A stretch of DNA of 63,447 nucleotides, the filler included, from Folioceros fuciformis (taxonomy: Eukaryota): assembly GCA_049999805.1 (NCBI GenBank). It is 13 parts of 13 records of this genome, joined end to end, with 100 filler letters (N's around TTAATTAATTAA, not from the genome) between each part and the next. Parts side by side here need not be neighbours in the genome. Positions count along the whole stretch, not along the records: positions 39,815 to 50,468 come from JBNGIO010006464.1; positions 50,569 to 52,046 come from JBNGIO010006465.1; positions 52,147 to 56,971 come from JBNGIO010006466.1; positions 57,072 to 63,447 come from JBNGIO010006468.1; 9 more parts are not named here. One strand, given 5' to 3'. This document shows positions 46,900 through 59,086 of the stretch, piece after piece. Under the pieces are notes generated by a model. The model saw only the letters and a list, made by a program, of their open reading frames with translations. It was not told the DNA's origin and searched no databases. Position 1 is the first letter of the stretch; every line of letters starts with the position of its first letter. Position numbers and translations under genes: made by a program.

Positions 46900-49800
46900 A
46901 ACTACATGTGAGGAACGGCAACTTGTTAGGCGGAGGCCATTGCCAAGCACAATTGCCCTCCTCTCCCTGCGCAGGTCTTCAAAACAATTAAGGGACTCAC
47001 GACGAACTTCACTACAGCACCTAGCTTGAAAGGAGAGAGCTTTGACTACGGGGCAGAGGCAGCGATTAGCAAGCCTACTGTGTAGCAAAGAGACTTTTTC
47101 ATCAACACCTCCAATTTGAAAGTGTCCACTGACTAGGGTTCATCGGATGTAGTGTACATCTAACCTTCAAGACCAAAATCCCACAGCGGACAGGAGGGCT
47201 CGCTTTGAACTTGGGCCCGATTCAAGTCCAAACTCTCACGATCAATCCAAACATATCGCTCGCGTCGAAGAGTGCGCTCGTGCCTGGCCCAGCCTCGAAG
47301 CGGAAGCCAAGCCCCGAGGCCGAGCCATGAGTCGGCCAATGACGCGCACTGCTGCCTCAGCGGCAGGCCGGTGTGGGAAGGCACTGAGCGGACATCTACT
47401 GTACCCACTGGGCTAAATATAGGATATTCGTTAAGACAGCATGTACACACTATGGTAAGAAGTTGGGGAACCCTCTCCATCCCGTTAGTCTACCACACAA
47501 GTTACTGGGTGAAGGCGCAAGATAAGGTTGAAGCTGAGTAGGAACTGTTCATGCTGTCAGATTGTGGTTCGTGCATACATGCTGTACATACACTACAGAC
47601 TTTGGTCCCCTAGACTTGGACTCCTCAGAAACGGTAAGTGAGGTCAAGCAATGGACAGTCCAACAGAAGACGGCTCCCAGTCCGTATCATGAGAGTCGTG
47701 ACGTGTCCAGGGTGAAGGATGAATCCGCCCGGAACAAAATTCTGTGCAGTATGTACTGTCTGTAGTGACATACAGTACAAAATTCATCTGATTCTTTCTT
47801 CCACTATTCCACTTTAGTGTCAAAGTGTGGGCTACATACACCCGCCACCTCGCTGTTTGTAGCATATGGCCTCCAGGTACATATGTACAAGTATGCATCC
47901 TAACTGTGACGAAATGCATTTCGTGACAGGCCAGCAAAGCACCTTCTGCTACGTTTGCAATGTCAGAGGCTTAGAAACCAAGCTTCCCGACACCCAAGAG
48001 ATTGAGGCTCCCACAGCTGTCCACAAGGATGTCACAAGGCGACAAACAAAAACAGCTGCTTCCCCAACTCCTTCAGCATGAAGTTTCCACACCGATGACG
48101 TCAGGAGGCAACAATTACGCAGGCCTGCTTGCGCAGCAACTTCTGCATGCTTAGGTTCCATGACCGGTTGCTAGGATACAGGTTTCTCAGCTCACTCTCA
48201 GCTCAGTGCGATCCAAGTAATTCAAGCCATCATGGAGGATCATGGTAGTTGATGACATGAGGTTTGACCTATGCTCACGGCAGGGGAAACTGGCCTGGCA
48301 TGAGGCCCGTCTCAACAATTAAAGTTGCCAACTCACGTCGGTGGTGGCCAAAGAGACGGCTATGGGCACTAACTTAACACCGATCCTTCCTGAACGTGAT
48401 TCCGGGTAAAATGTGTCATCTGCTGATTTTTCAAATCCAACAAAAACAGTCACAGGGCTCACGGTTTCCCCCAGGCTCCACCTGTCTCAACCACTGCAGA
48501 GAAATCTTTGAAAGAGACATGGCATCCCCCAAAAGCTCTGCGAATGGTTTGGCTCTTCTTGCGAGCAGCACTTCCAAATGTCGATCGATGGGATGGTCTT
48601 TTCATTGCTCCAGGAATGGAGACCTGCATGCTGTGCTCCGAAGGTGGGGAGCATAAGAGTCCGCATTTTTTTAAAACTTTCGCTGCCCTTTCTCCTCCCA
48701 ATTGTGGCCGACCGTATATGGTTGGGTTTGCAGAACTCGTCAAGGTTTCCCACCTGAGATAAGGAGGTAACAGTTACGGTGCTCGTTGGTGTGCACCCAG
48801 CAAACAGCATCGACTGTTAAGAATTCAGTGGTGGCCCCCCTCCCTCTTAGGGGTGTTACATTGTTTGTACTAATAAAGGCGAAACCTGGACGAGGCTCGT
48901 GTATGGTATAGCTTGCCAAGTGCTTCCTATGAAGGCATTTTATGTTCTGTCTTATGCCCGTTTAGTAAAGGGTTGGCGAGCTGTAGGTCCCAGAAATTCA
49001 AGGTAGCACAGTGGAAGGAGGCAGGTATCTTCTATGCGGCCTGGATGGGTTACAGATGGCTACTTGCGCTTGGCTTCGGTGATCGGTCTGGTCGATGGCT
49101 TCTTGCCGTTGGCTTGGGTGCCCACATGCCCCTCGTGGCTTAGAGGGGAGAATAGTGGTGAACCGGCATAGCTGTAACAGCGAGGCCGGCCCCGGTGCGA
49201 GCTAACGAACTTTACATAGTGGTGAAGCACTATAGCTAGGATAGGGGCAGGATCAACGTATGTATTCGGTGTCTAGGGCAGTTGGTGAGGATGCCTTGTC
49301 AGAGACTGGAAAAACCTTGCATTCTCACGCAATCAGAGAAGGAACTCGAGATCTTACACTAAACCACAAATCTCCACAGCAGCCCGCTGGGACGTCAGCA
49401 ATCTCATATGCCTTAGTGGAGAAGGATTGTAAGGTCAATTGAGTTAGGTCCTGTGAGAAGAGGATAATGATGCAAGACCGTGAACCAGCTGTTGCTCTGC
49501 CTCTGCCTGCTTTACGTCTCAGTACCCTCTACAAGAGTCTGTTGTGTTCCTTTCAAAGGACTATTCCTAGGAGCACCGCTCCTTTATCTTTCTGGGCCTC
49601 TGTCCGGGGTTTTCTTGACACCTCCATCGAACTCTTGGTTTTGCGTCATGCCTCTCTCTATCAATCCTATGGTCCGGAACTTGCTAAACGTCATGCTAGA
49701 AACACACTTTCATTGTTTACATTGCATTAGGGCCACAACTGGGCTTTTGACACAATGCTGGCGAGATCTGCAAAGACCCTATATTTGAAATCTGTGTTGG

Positions 49801-50196
49801 CCTTTGCCAACCTCAAAATCAGCCTTGATGCAACTGTTTCCAGAGAGCGCAACTATGGCACATTTCAGCCTACTGGATCATATTGTCGTGCAGCTCACCC
49901 AAGGCAAATGTTGAACAGCACGTTGAAGTATCCGGGCCGGGCTTGCCCTAGCTATCAGAAGTTGAAAGAAGGCTTCAAAACGGCCCGACGTTCTTCACAA
50001 GCATATGCACACGACAACCTACAGTACGTCCATCTCGCCTCTGTTGTCAGCTTTCCCTTGCCTCCACCAGTGCACGATTCACACCTTGTCTTTCGTGCAG
50101 AGCAGAAAGACATCGAGTACATACCAGCCTCATACTACTCGCTTTTTCTTGGATCCGTCCATCATAAGTCTACAAACAGCGGCTGGCTTCTACAAA

Positions 50197-50468
50197 TTAT
50201 GGTGAAAACAACTTAGACATCTCAATCTCAGCGACGGATATGGTTACCGTAGATCTACTGTGCAGAGACCACTCGGAGCTTTGTTGCACGTAAGCACGGA
50301 CATGACCATCACCACGCTGTGCCTGCAGATCATCTCGAACGTCATCCCATGCCTCCGAGTCCAAGTGAAGCCAGATGGTGTGCAACATATTCCGGACCTC
50401 CCTCATTTCGGGACGATCTCGGGATTTGAGGGCCAAGCACTGGACAGCCAATGCGCCCACACTTTCTA
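50197..50468 (-). CDS. LRR receptor kinase, 3' end of adjacent copy
   Basis: Same translation as 43483..43754. Confidence 0.8.
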
Positions 50469-50599
50469 NNNNNNNNNNNNNNNNNNNNNNNNNNNNNNNN
50501 NNNNNNNNNNNNTTAATTAATTAANNNNNNNNNNNNNNNNNNNNNNNNNNNNNNNNNNNNNNNNNNNNAGGTTTCACTTTGGTTTGGTTCAACCTTTGG

Positions 50600-51160
50600 C
50601 CTGCTCTCTCTCCTCTTGTAGTTGAGGACAACTTTGGTACTTATCTTGCCTGTTGTCTAGGTGGGGGTCAATGGATTACTATGCACAACACTATGCAAAA
50701 TGTCATGTTTTCATGGGCTAAGGAAACTGGCTTTCTACCCTTGAGGAGCACTCATACACTCTACTTAATGGTGTTTTTCCTCGAGCTACCTTTTTCTCAT
50801 CCAAGAAGATCAACAAGTTTTTAATGCCAACATGGTCACAACTTAGCCCACATGGTTCATGGTCTACAAACATGTTATCCTCAACTCTTCGGGTTTGGCT
50901 CTAGAGGGGAGTGCATCGGCCAAGGTTCACAAGCATATCCCTCTATAGGCTGGACACACCTTTTATCCCCCTTGCCATTAAGACCCATGAGGCCATGTGC
51001 AAGGCATTTTCCAAGTTTTTGAAGTCTTGCACCAAGGTGATTCACAACAAGAAAAAAATGGGCTTGGTCTTCCTCTTTCATATATTGTAGCATTTTTTTC
51101 CATAGAGGGTTTCTGTTGCATTACAGCAAGCATTGACTAATGCCATATACAAGACGACAA
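50600..51160 (+). pseudogene. Degenerate C-terminus of a restriction-like-endonuclease (CRE/R2-group) non-LTR retrotransposon
   Basis: Ordered fragments YLACCLGGGQWITMHNTMQNV..AKETGF, FIPLAIKTHEAM..FL, RVSVALQQA..NAI. Confidence 0.5.
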
Positions 51161-51779
51161 TTTTGGTAGGAGAGGCGGCGTTAGCAATCCCAGTGGTAGG
51201 TAGACCCTTTCTCATCCTAGACGATGATGGTTTAGGTGCTATTGGTAGTCATTAGGCTTCAGGGGTTAGCCCCTAGTGTTTCTTTCATGGTTTATCTCCC
51301 TCTCCAGGGGGCAGATGAGTTTTTCCATCTTGTTCTTCTAAACTAAATAAGTTTGATGAAATCAACCATTTTGTGTTTGGAACTAGATGTTTTTCTTTGA
51401 AAACAAGGTATTGAACATTCAATGGACAAAAGGGGACCTTGAAATTTGTAGTTGCATGACATGCAACTACTAAGTACTAATTTTGGACACTGTCTAAAAA
51501 CACACATATGGTTCACAAGTACCAAAGGTTCATAAGTACTCCCCATTACAGTGGTGTCACGACTTCATCCCCCTTGCCACCAAGACATCATCCCCCTTGC
51601 CACCAAGACAAATTTAGTGATGGCCAAGGTCCTTTATGAGATCATTAAGATATATTGTAAGGAGTATTATGACAGCACGTGAGGGGTCGGCTCCTCTTTT
51701 GTGTATCATAGCATTTTATAGGTAAAGAGTGTCAATGGCTTTACAATGGGTATTATCCATACAATGTATAGGAAGGTGA

Positions 51780-52040
51780 TAAGCATAGAGCAAACAGCAT
51801 CATCTTCATGACTAATGCTAGGTAAACACAATGTACACTATTAGGCGATGACAAACATACGGCAAACAACATCATCTTTGTGACTAGTGCTAACTTAACA
51901 TAGTGTACACTGCTACAACGATGGCTAACATAGGGCAAACAAGATCATCTTCATTACTAGTGTTAGCTAAACAAAATGTATACTATTAGCAGGATGGCAA
52001 GAATAAGGCAAACAACATCATCTTCATTACTAGTGCTAGC
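51780..52040. repeat. About 73-bp diverged tandem repeat, about 3.5 copies
   Basis: gcaaacaacatcatcttcattactagtgctag-like core recurs. Confidence 0.8.
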
Positions 52041-52206
52041 AATGAANNNNNNNNNNNNNNNNNNNNNNNNNNNNNNNNNNNNNNNNNNNNTTAATTAATT
52101 AANNNNNNNNNNNNNNNNNNNNNNNNNNNNNNNNNNNNNNNNNNNNTTTTTCAACCAAAACAAACTACTACCCCAAACTTTGGAGGTTCACACCATACAC
52201 TCCTAA

Positions 52207-52857
52207 TCACAGTGCATGTTGTCTTTGATGTTGTAAGATTCGACCCCACACTGCTCTTTTAGAAGCATTCTTATAGCTCCTCTTGTCACCTTCATTGTAA
52301 GTACTTGTTGAACAAGATGTAAATAAATCAGGTGAGCAGAATTGTCGATCACGTTTTATCTTATTGGTATGCTTACACGATGCAGCTCTGAAGGACGAAA
52401 TAATAGGTTGCTTGGATCTCAAGAGTGTAACCAGCTTGCAGTCCACATGAGCAATTTGTTCCTTCAGATCCTGTAAGTCCACACTTGTTGTAGATAAATG
52501 TCCTTGTATTTGATTACAGCGTTTGTCCACAATTTTGTTGTTTGTCTTAAGGTGTTGAATTATTGTATTAACACCTATATGTGTGGCAGATTTGGTAAAA
52601 GAAGAATCACAAAGATTATTCCCTATAGTGCCTATCTGTGCACACACTCTTGCTAAATTTGGTAAGCTTTGTGAAGGTAGATCAAACAACAAATCAGTCT
52701 CTAGTGGATAAATAGCAGCAATTAAAGTATTAAAAGCTATTTTTAAATCAGCTATCGAAAGTAATTGTAGCTTATTTGTTTGAATCCACTGCAGGACATG
52801 TTGATGAAGTTGGGATACAACTGATAATTCATCAACGACATTCACCCTATCATACAT
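52207..52857 (-). CDS. 216-aa ORF just inside a PBS(iMet); probable ORF0 of another LTR element
   Basis: ATG-started, intact; heptad-like LSTTSVDLQDLKEQIAHVDCKLVTLL; no recognisable gag motif; about 400 bp downstream of the PBS. Confidence 0.55.
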   Translation of the reverse strand: MYDRVNVVDELSVVSQLHQHVLQWIQTNKLQLLSIADLKIAFNTLIAAIYPLETDLLFDLPSQSLPNLARVCAQIGTIGNNLCDSSFTKSATHIGVNTIIQHLKTNNKIVDKRCNQIQGHLSTTSVDLQDLKEQIAHVDCKLVTLLRSKQPIISSFRAASCKHTNKIKRDRQFCSPDLFTSCSTSTYNEGDKRSYKNASKRAVWGRILQHQRQHAL

Positions 52858-53261
52858 AGGGATCCTTTCAGCGGGACACAGACGCCTGCGCTGGTGGCCA
52901 TAATTATTGGCTATAATTACCAGCGAATTTTCTAAATGATGAAATGCAGAAACTGGGCATTGTTTGTTTTCTTATTTAATTTTTAATATATAATTCTGCC
53001 AGCCAGGCAGCTACTCTTGTGGGCCTCCATTGAATTGATCTTGATATCAATGTGCACTAGATTATCTACCTGATTATGCAGAAACTCTGTATGAATTCAT
53101 CAATCTAAAACAAGAATGAAAAACATTCTTTTAAAGATTACGTTTCTTGAAATTCAAATTAATTTCAGAAACAAGAAAACAAAACAAGTATAGAACAGTG
53201 CATATTTTCTAATGCACAATTTTATTATGCATTCATCTGAATACAAGCAACAACAAGCATG

Positions 53262-53273
53262 GTTCTGATACCA
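53262..53273 (-). promoter_or_regulatory. PBS (tRNA-iMet, one mismatch), with LTR starting at 53274 (far end uncertain, about 53510-53535)
   Basis: Reverse complement TGGTATCAGAAC abutting TGATGAAA. Confidence 0.75.
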
Positions 53274-54599
53274 TGATGAAATATAAGTAAATGTAATTAA
53301 AACAATTAATCTCATTAAAACATTTACATAATTAGTTCTCTTAGAAAAGAAGAAGTAAGTGTCTACAAAATATAGCACAAATTAAACTAAAAATGTGAAA
53401 CGTTGTAGCTCTTCACTTGGAGTCGTAACCCTAACGAAACGACACCATAAACTATTTAACCATAACTCAACGTATCTTAAATCAAGCATAAACCCTTTAA
53501 TCATATATCAGCACTATATATCATTACGGATATCATTTGCTCCAAAGTTTAACAAAATATTTAATAGAATACTAACAAAAGGCCGAACATCATTTGCTCC
53601 AAAGTCTGGCAAATACTGATGGTCACAATACACTAGCTTGGTCACAATAGATCTCTTTGGGTATACTAAATGTTACAAAGCAAGCTCACTAGTAAGGTTA
53701 TGTATGCATTAATATATCTAGTTGCATATCTAGTGCACCCAAACACATAAAGGTTCAAATTAGCACAGGCACAAAGGAGTTGCTCACGTCATCCAGTGGA
53801 CAATGGCCTCGACGCATGGGAAATCTCATAATGCAATCACCTGCTCAATGAGATTCCGCGCATATCACCGCCTGTCAGCTTAGGAGATCTTGAGATGCTT
53901 GCTAATAGGGAACACAGAAAGGAACCAAGCACTTACAATGCAACTTTTCCTCAATATAGCTGCAATCAAGGCACAAGTAAACACTTTGACAGCACGTCTC
54001 AATGGAGCCCTTGCTTTAGAAGATGGCTTTGTTCGTGATGGTTGCAGTTAGACCCTGTTCTAACCTTAATGATCGAGGTGGCATCTCCCTGCTCAGCACA
54101 TATGCGTGAGCAACGGGAAATGTGAAGGGTTGCAACCAATTGCCTGAAGCAACACCAACACAAAAACGGAAGTGATACACCTCTGGGCGTGAAGTCGATG
54201 CCTTCTGATGTGACGCTTTCTTATACTCGTGCCCTTCACAATCAATAGACGCAACTTCATGCCAATTCGTGTCCATGCTACCACCTACAACATACTGAAC
54301 CATTAACATGCACAATCTCACCAATTTGACTTGGTAGATTTTCTTGTTGTGCGCCGCCATGGCTGGTAACCCCAGCACCCATGGTGCGCAAGCACACAGA
54401 GTGTCGGGCTTCTCTTTCAAGGACTTGCGATAGCGCCACTAAGAAATCAAGCGGGTTCAGTACCCTCATCTTTGGGGACAAGTTCTTCCTTCCCTTCATA
54501 AGCAAACACAATAGTTGCAACAACAGGTTCAAGCGTATATTCTAGCCTGTTTTCACAAATCCCCGCCTTTACCACACTTGCGCTAGGGATTCATGCTTC

Positions 54600-54966
54600 A
54601 ATGCCTAGTGCCGTACCTTCTGCCTCACTACCAAACCCAGGAGTTATGGGAATCCTTTGCCTGCACCAGGAGCTGGTTTCGCCAATCCTTTGCCCGGTTT
54701 TGGATCTGAATTAGGAAACCCTCTGCCTGACCCTAGAACTGGATTTGATCCTTCTCTACCTCCCCCACCAGCACCGGGAGCAGGATTTGACCACACCCTC
54801 TTGCCTCCATACACACAAACATACCAGCCCTTTTATACAGTCGAGTTCAAGGACCGAGATAGGTTTAACAGCAATAAATACCCTGTGTGGAGTGTTCGAA
54901 TGAGAGCTGCCCTTCATGCCATACATGTGCGGACAGTCGTGAGTGGGCATGTCGCGCTGCACTGGC
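54600..54966 (+). pseudogene. Copia gag N-terminus remnant with Pro/Gly-rich leader, interrupted
   Basis: EFKDRDRFNSNKYPVWSVRMRAAL..VVSG parallels DFKDKDRFSGQHFDIWMIRVRTIL..YVTG of element A. Confidence 0.6.
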
Positions 54967-55959
54967 TGTAGAGCTGTCATGCCTGCCTTAGTCCGGCTGT
55001 GTCCCTCTCGTTTGGGCTCATTAGCAGCATAACTCTCTCTTATACGGACAAAATCCCTAACACAACATGCAACACACACACACATCAATATGACCCCCTT
55101 GCCTAAAATTGGGGCAACCACAATTGAGGGAGCACCATTTTAGGAACAACCTCATTGTCATCCTATCACCAGTTTCCTAACCACCGCTTATAAAAACTAC
55201 ATCGGATGGAACTACGGTTAGGATGCACTCATTCTTCATAGGCGTCACTCTCTTCATCTTTGACTGTGAGTCCGGCCTGTAGGGTTCCAAAGACTGGCCA
55301 AGTTCTTCTTCAGCCTCTGGTTCCAGATTCAGGGAGTATTGGGGTGCTATTTGTGGAGGCAAAACCCCGGGCACTGATTGCCAACGGGTTCCACCTTTAG
55401 TGGCCACACTTATCCCACTGTCGTTGAGACATTGGGTTTCGTTCCCACGAAGGAGCGATGGGGTTTCTTGCTGCTGTGGATGGAGGGTCGGACTTGATCG
55501 ACTCGATGATGGATTCGAGGGCTCCCCTCCAGCTCCAATCAGGCGTAGAACAGGCCTCGCTGTCCAGCGGTCAACTGCACCTCTCTCGGTGCCCACAAAC
55601 TCACTCCAGTCACTAAAACGACTCTAACCTCTCAGATCTGCGACTTCCCTCACACACTTCACTCACTCTCTCACTCCAGCACCAACACCAGCAACTAACA
55701 ATGACACCACTACCTTCTACACTTCCCTACTGACTCCTCCTACCCGACAAGAGTCACTAGACTAACCCCAAACAAAAGGAAGGAGGGAACACACTCCCCT
55801 CGTGGATATCTCCCCCCTACAACCTTACCAGACGCCATGAAACACGGCCGGCCTACAACACTTGTCCGAGCAAGGAACAGGAGTGGACAGGTCGAGAGAA
55901 AGACACATCCTTTACAATCAAGAGCTAGGGGCAAGCCCCTACACCCTGGTCATTACACC

Positions 55960-56122
55960 TTGTGATCCTACCAGACACTATACAACCGGCAACACGCTGC
56001 CCGCGATCCTACCAAACACTGTACAGCCGGCAACACGCTGCCTGCGATCCTACCAGACACTGTATAGCCGGCAACACACGGCTTGCGATCCTACCAGACG
56101 TTGCACAGCCGGCAACACACTG
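55960..56122. repeat. About 41-42-bp tandem repeat, 4 copies
   Basis: gatcctaccagacactgtacagccggcaacac-like unit. Confidence 0.85.
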
Positions 56123-57071
56123 CAGGTTCTAAACCAAGCAGGGACAGACCACAAGAGCTCATGAAGAGAGGACCTCCAAGAGCTCACGAAGAGATAGACT
56201 GACTCCCAAAGTGAATGACTCCCTCCTCCTACAGGCTCACCTGATCTTATAGGAGCCTCTCTCTCTCTCTGACTTCACATCTCTCTAACTTGAGAAATAT
56301 TATTTTAATAGCCTAGCCGGCTGTCACCAGCCACTTATTGAGACTTCTAGCACATCCTGCCACCAATGAGCTCCTGGCCCTACCACCACAAGGATCTACC
56401 ACCTCTTAGACTATCCTGAGACTTCAGAGGATGTCTAAGCTTCAAAGATTTGCGGACGCCGCCTCTTCCTTGCTGGATGGTCGCCCGCTAAGTCTTCCCC
56501 TGCAACTGTTCACCCTTGGTGGCTAAGCCAGCCTCTAGGGGAGGAGCATGAGCAATGGGAAAGATAGAGAAGAGCTGGGAAGGAGTGGGATCAGTAGCCG
56601 GAACCTGGCCTGAAAACGGTAGCTTATTCAGCGGGATCAGCTTCCAGCTGAAATGGTTTCTCGGCCATGGGAGACTGGGGTGCTGGGGGAGGCCCTGAAC
56701 TAAGAGGAAAAGAAAGCAGGTGAAACGGAGTTGAATTGGAATTTCTGGAATTAAATCCAGAAAAATAGGGAAGAAAATAGAAAAGGGGAAATTAGGAAAA
56801 TAAAAAGAAAAGAAATATGGGTATACGTATATGGTATACATATCAGTACGTATTAAATATGTATCTAAATCATATAGAATACAAGGGGCGTATACATATA
56901 CGGACTGTATACGGTCTCTAAAAAAACCTTATATGGAGGCAAGGGGAGGGAGCGGGATCGGGATGGAGGAGNNNNNNNNNNNNNNNNNNNNNNNNNNNNN
57001 NNNNNNNNNNNNNNNTTAATTAATTAANNNNNNNNNNNNNNNNNNNNNNNNNNNNNNNNNNNNNNNNNNNN

Positions 57072-59086
57072 TATCAAAATCTCTTAGCAGATGCAGCAAC
57101 AAGTATTCCCATAGCACTTACCCAACTCTATTCCCTCAAGGATGCCTGTGTTTACCGTAAGGGCCGGTTGGTCATCCCCTCCTAGCTCACTGCTGTCAAA
57201 CAGGCCATCCTCCATTATCTGCATGATTCCCCAATCTCGGGGCACTTGGGTATTGACAAAACCTATGCCAAGGTTTGGGAACATTTCCACTAGGAAGGCA
57301 TGCGCTCTGATTGCATAGAGTAGGTGCGCTCCTGTCAATTCTACCAACAAGCCAAACCTAGCCATCAGAAATACCCAGGTCTACTCCAACCCCTCCAAAT
57401 CCCCAGTGGCCGTTTCCGGTCAATAGCCATGGACTTCATTACACACCTACCTCGTACCCGCTCTGGTAAGGACAACATCTGGGTGGTGACAGATAGGTTT
57501 TCCTCGGTCTGCCACTTCATTCTAGTCACCTCGACCATCACTGCCCCCAAACTGGCCACCCTTTTTGTCCGTGAAATCTTCCGATTACACGAAACACCAG
57601 AGGACATTGTGTCGGANNNNNNNNNNNNNNNNNNNNNNNNNNNNNNNNNNNNNNNNNNNNNNNNNNNNNNNNNNNNNNNNNNNNNNNNNNNNNNNNNNNN
57701 NNNNNNNNNNNNNNNNCGTGAAATCTTCCGATTACACGAAACACCAGAGGACATTGTGTCGGATAAGGACACGAAATTCACCTTTGGGTTTTTGTGGAAC
57801 TTCATGGACACACTAGGCATCAAACAGAACATGTCTTTAGCCTATCACCCAGAGACGGACGGCCAGACAGAGAAGCAGAATCAGGTGTTAGAAGACATGC
57901 TTCGTCACACACGAGAAGCAGACGAAGTGGGAGGAACTCCTTCCCTTATTGGAGTATGCATAAAATTCCTTGAAGCATGCAGCCACAAGGGTTACTCCCT
58001 TCAAACTCCTGTATGGTGAGACACCCCCACCTTCAGGCTTATGGCCCAACAGTTAAGACAAGTGGCGAAGCGCTGTTGAAATCGCCGAGGACATCTGGCA
58101 CGAGGCCAAGATGGCTCGACAAAACTCCAAGCAGCACAAGACCGGACCTGCATGACAGCAAACTGTCACCAACACGACATCAACTACTTCGTTGGCCAGT
58201 TTGTTTGGCTCCGAGTCAAGCCCCACAGGTATCCTGACATGATTCAACAACGCAACAAACTCACCTACCGCTTTGCAGGTCCTTTCTGGGTGTTGAAACG
58301 CATCAACAAGGTCACGTACCAGCTTGAACTGCCCGCCGACTGGCGCCTCTGCTGAACATTCCATGTGTCCCTGTTGAAACCAGTGATCCACCGCCGTGCT
58401 GAACTTCCCTCATTGCCGACACCAGCGGAGTCTGTGCTAGCAACCAGCCAACCCTTAGTCACCCATTCTAGGACACAGACTCCCATTCCCTCTCCGGAGG
58501 CCAGCCACAGTCTTCCCTTTGAACCCCTCCCGACGGTATCACCAATTCCCCACCAACCGACCCGCATCCTCCAACGTCGAGACCGGCACCTCCGGCACCG
58601 ACACATCCGTGACTTCCTGGTTGCGTGGGAGGGCGAGCCCGATTCAGCGGCAACATGGGAACCCGAGGATTTCTATCTACAATTCCCCCGTCTGCGCGAG
58701 CAGATTCCAAATGGCTAGGAGGACCCGGCCCCAGCAAGTGGGGGAGAATGAAACGTGACGACGAGCAGGCCACTCAAGTCATCCGCCGAGGAACCGAAGC
58801 TACCACGAAACAGGTAGCAGGAACCCTACGAAACACTCATGGTTTTAGCGAATACCCAGCTGATACGAAATAATTAAACAGATACTAATTAAATAGATAA
58901 ATGCCAGTATATAGGATATCCGGATAACTAAAAATTGTTATACCAGTAGAATCCCAAGAAGTAGGGTAGTTAGGCGGGCAGGCACAGCCTTCTTGGCACT
59001 GCTCCCACACATGTATTTGTAGCGAATCCAAACATGAAGAGAACGCCCATTTTCCCAAAGCCGGAATCTAGAGCTGCTCCATAACA
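57072..59086 (+). mobile_element. Ty3/Gypsy chromovirus 3' part: degenerate integrase, chromodomain, PPT (58740..58748), 3' LTR (58749..59086)
   Basis: HDSPISGHLG, IAMDFITHLP, YHPETDGQTE, RFAGPF, FLVAWEGEPDSAATWEP; GGGGGAGAA then TG...CA. Confidence 0.9.

Larger units (their letters stand above)
39815..50468. repeat. Tandem or terminally redundant 6714-bp unit (39815..43754 = 46529..50468)
   Basis: All ORFs repeat with identical translation at offset 6714. Confidence 0.95.

Noticed and set aside
46900-47088. N-terminal extension of the 1201-aa LRR kinase ORF
   Set aside because: It starts at TTG; the first ATGs are at 46899 and 46893, nearer the hydrophobic leader.
54975-55957. Solo LTR with TGTCATG...CATTACA ends
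   Set aside because: Flanks AGAGC and CCTTG do not form a TSD, and no PBS or PPT confirms it.
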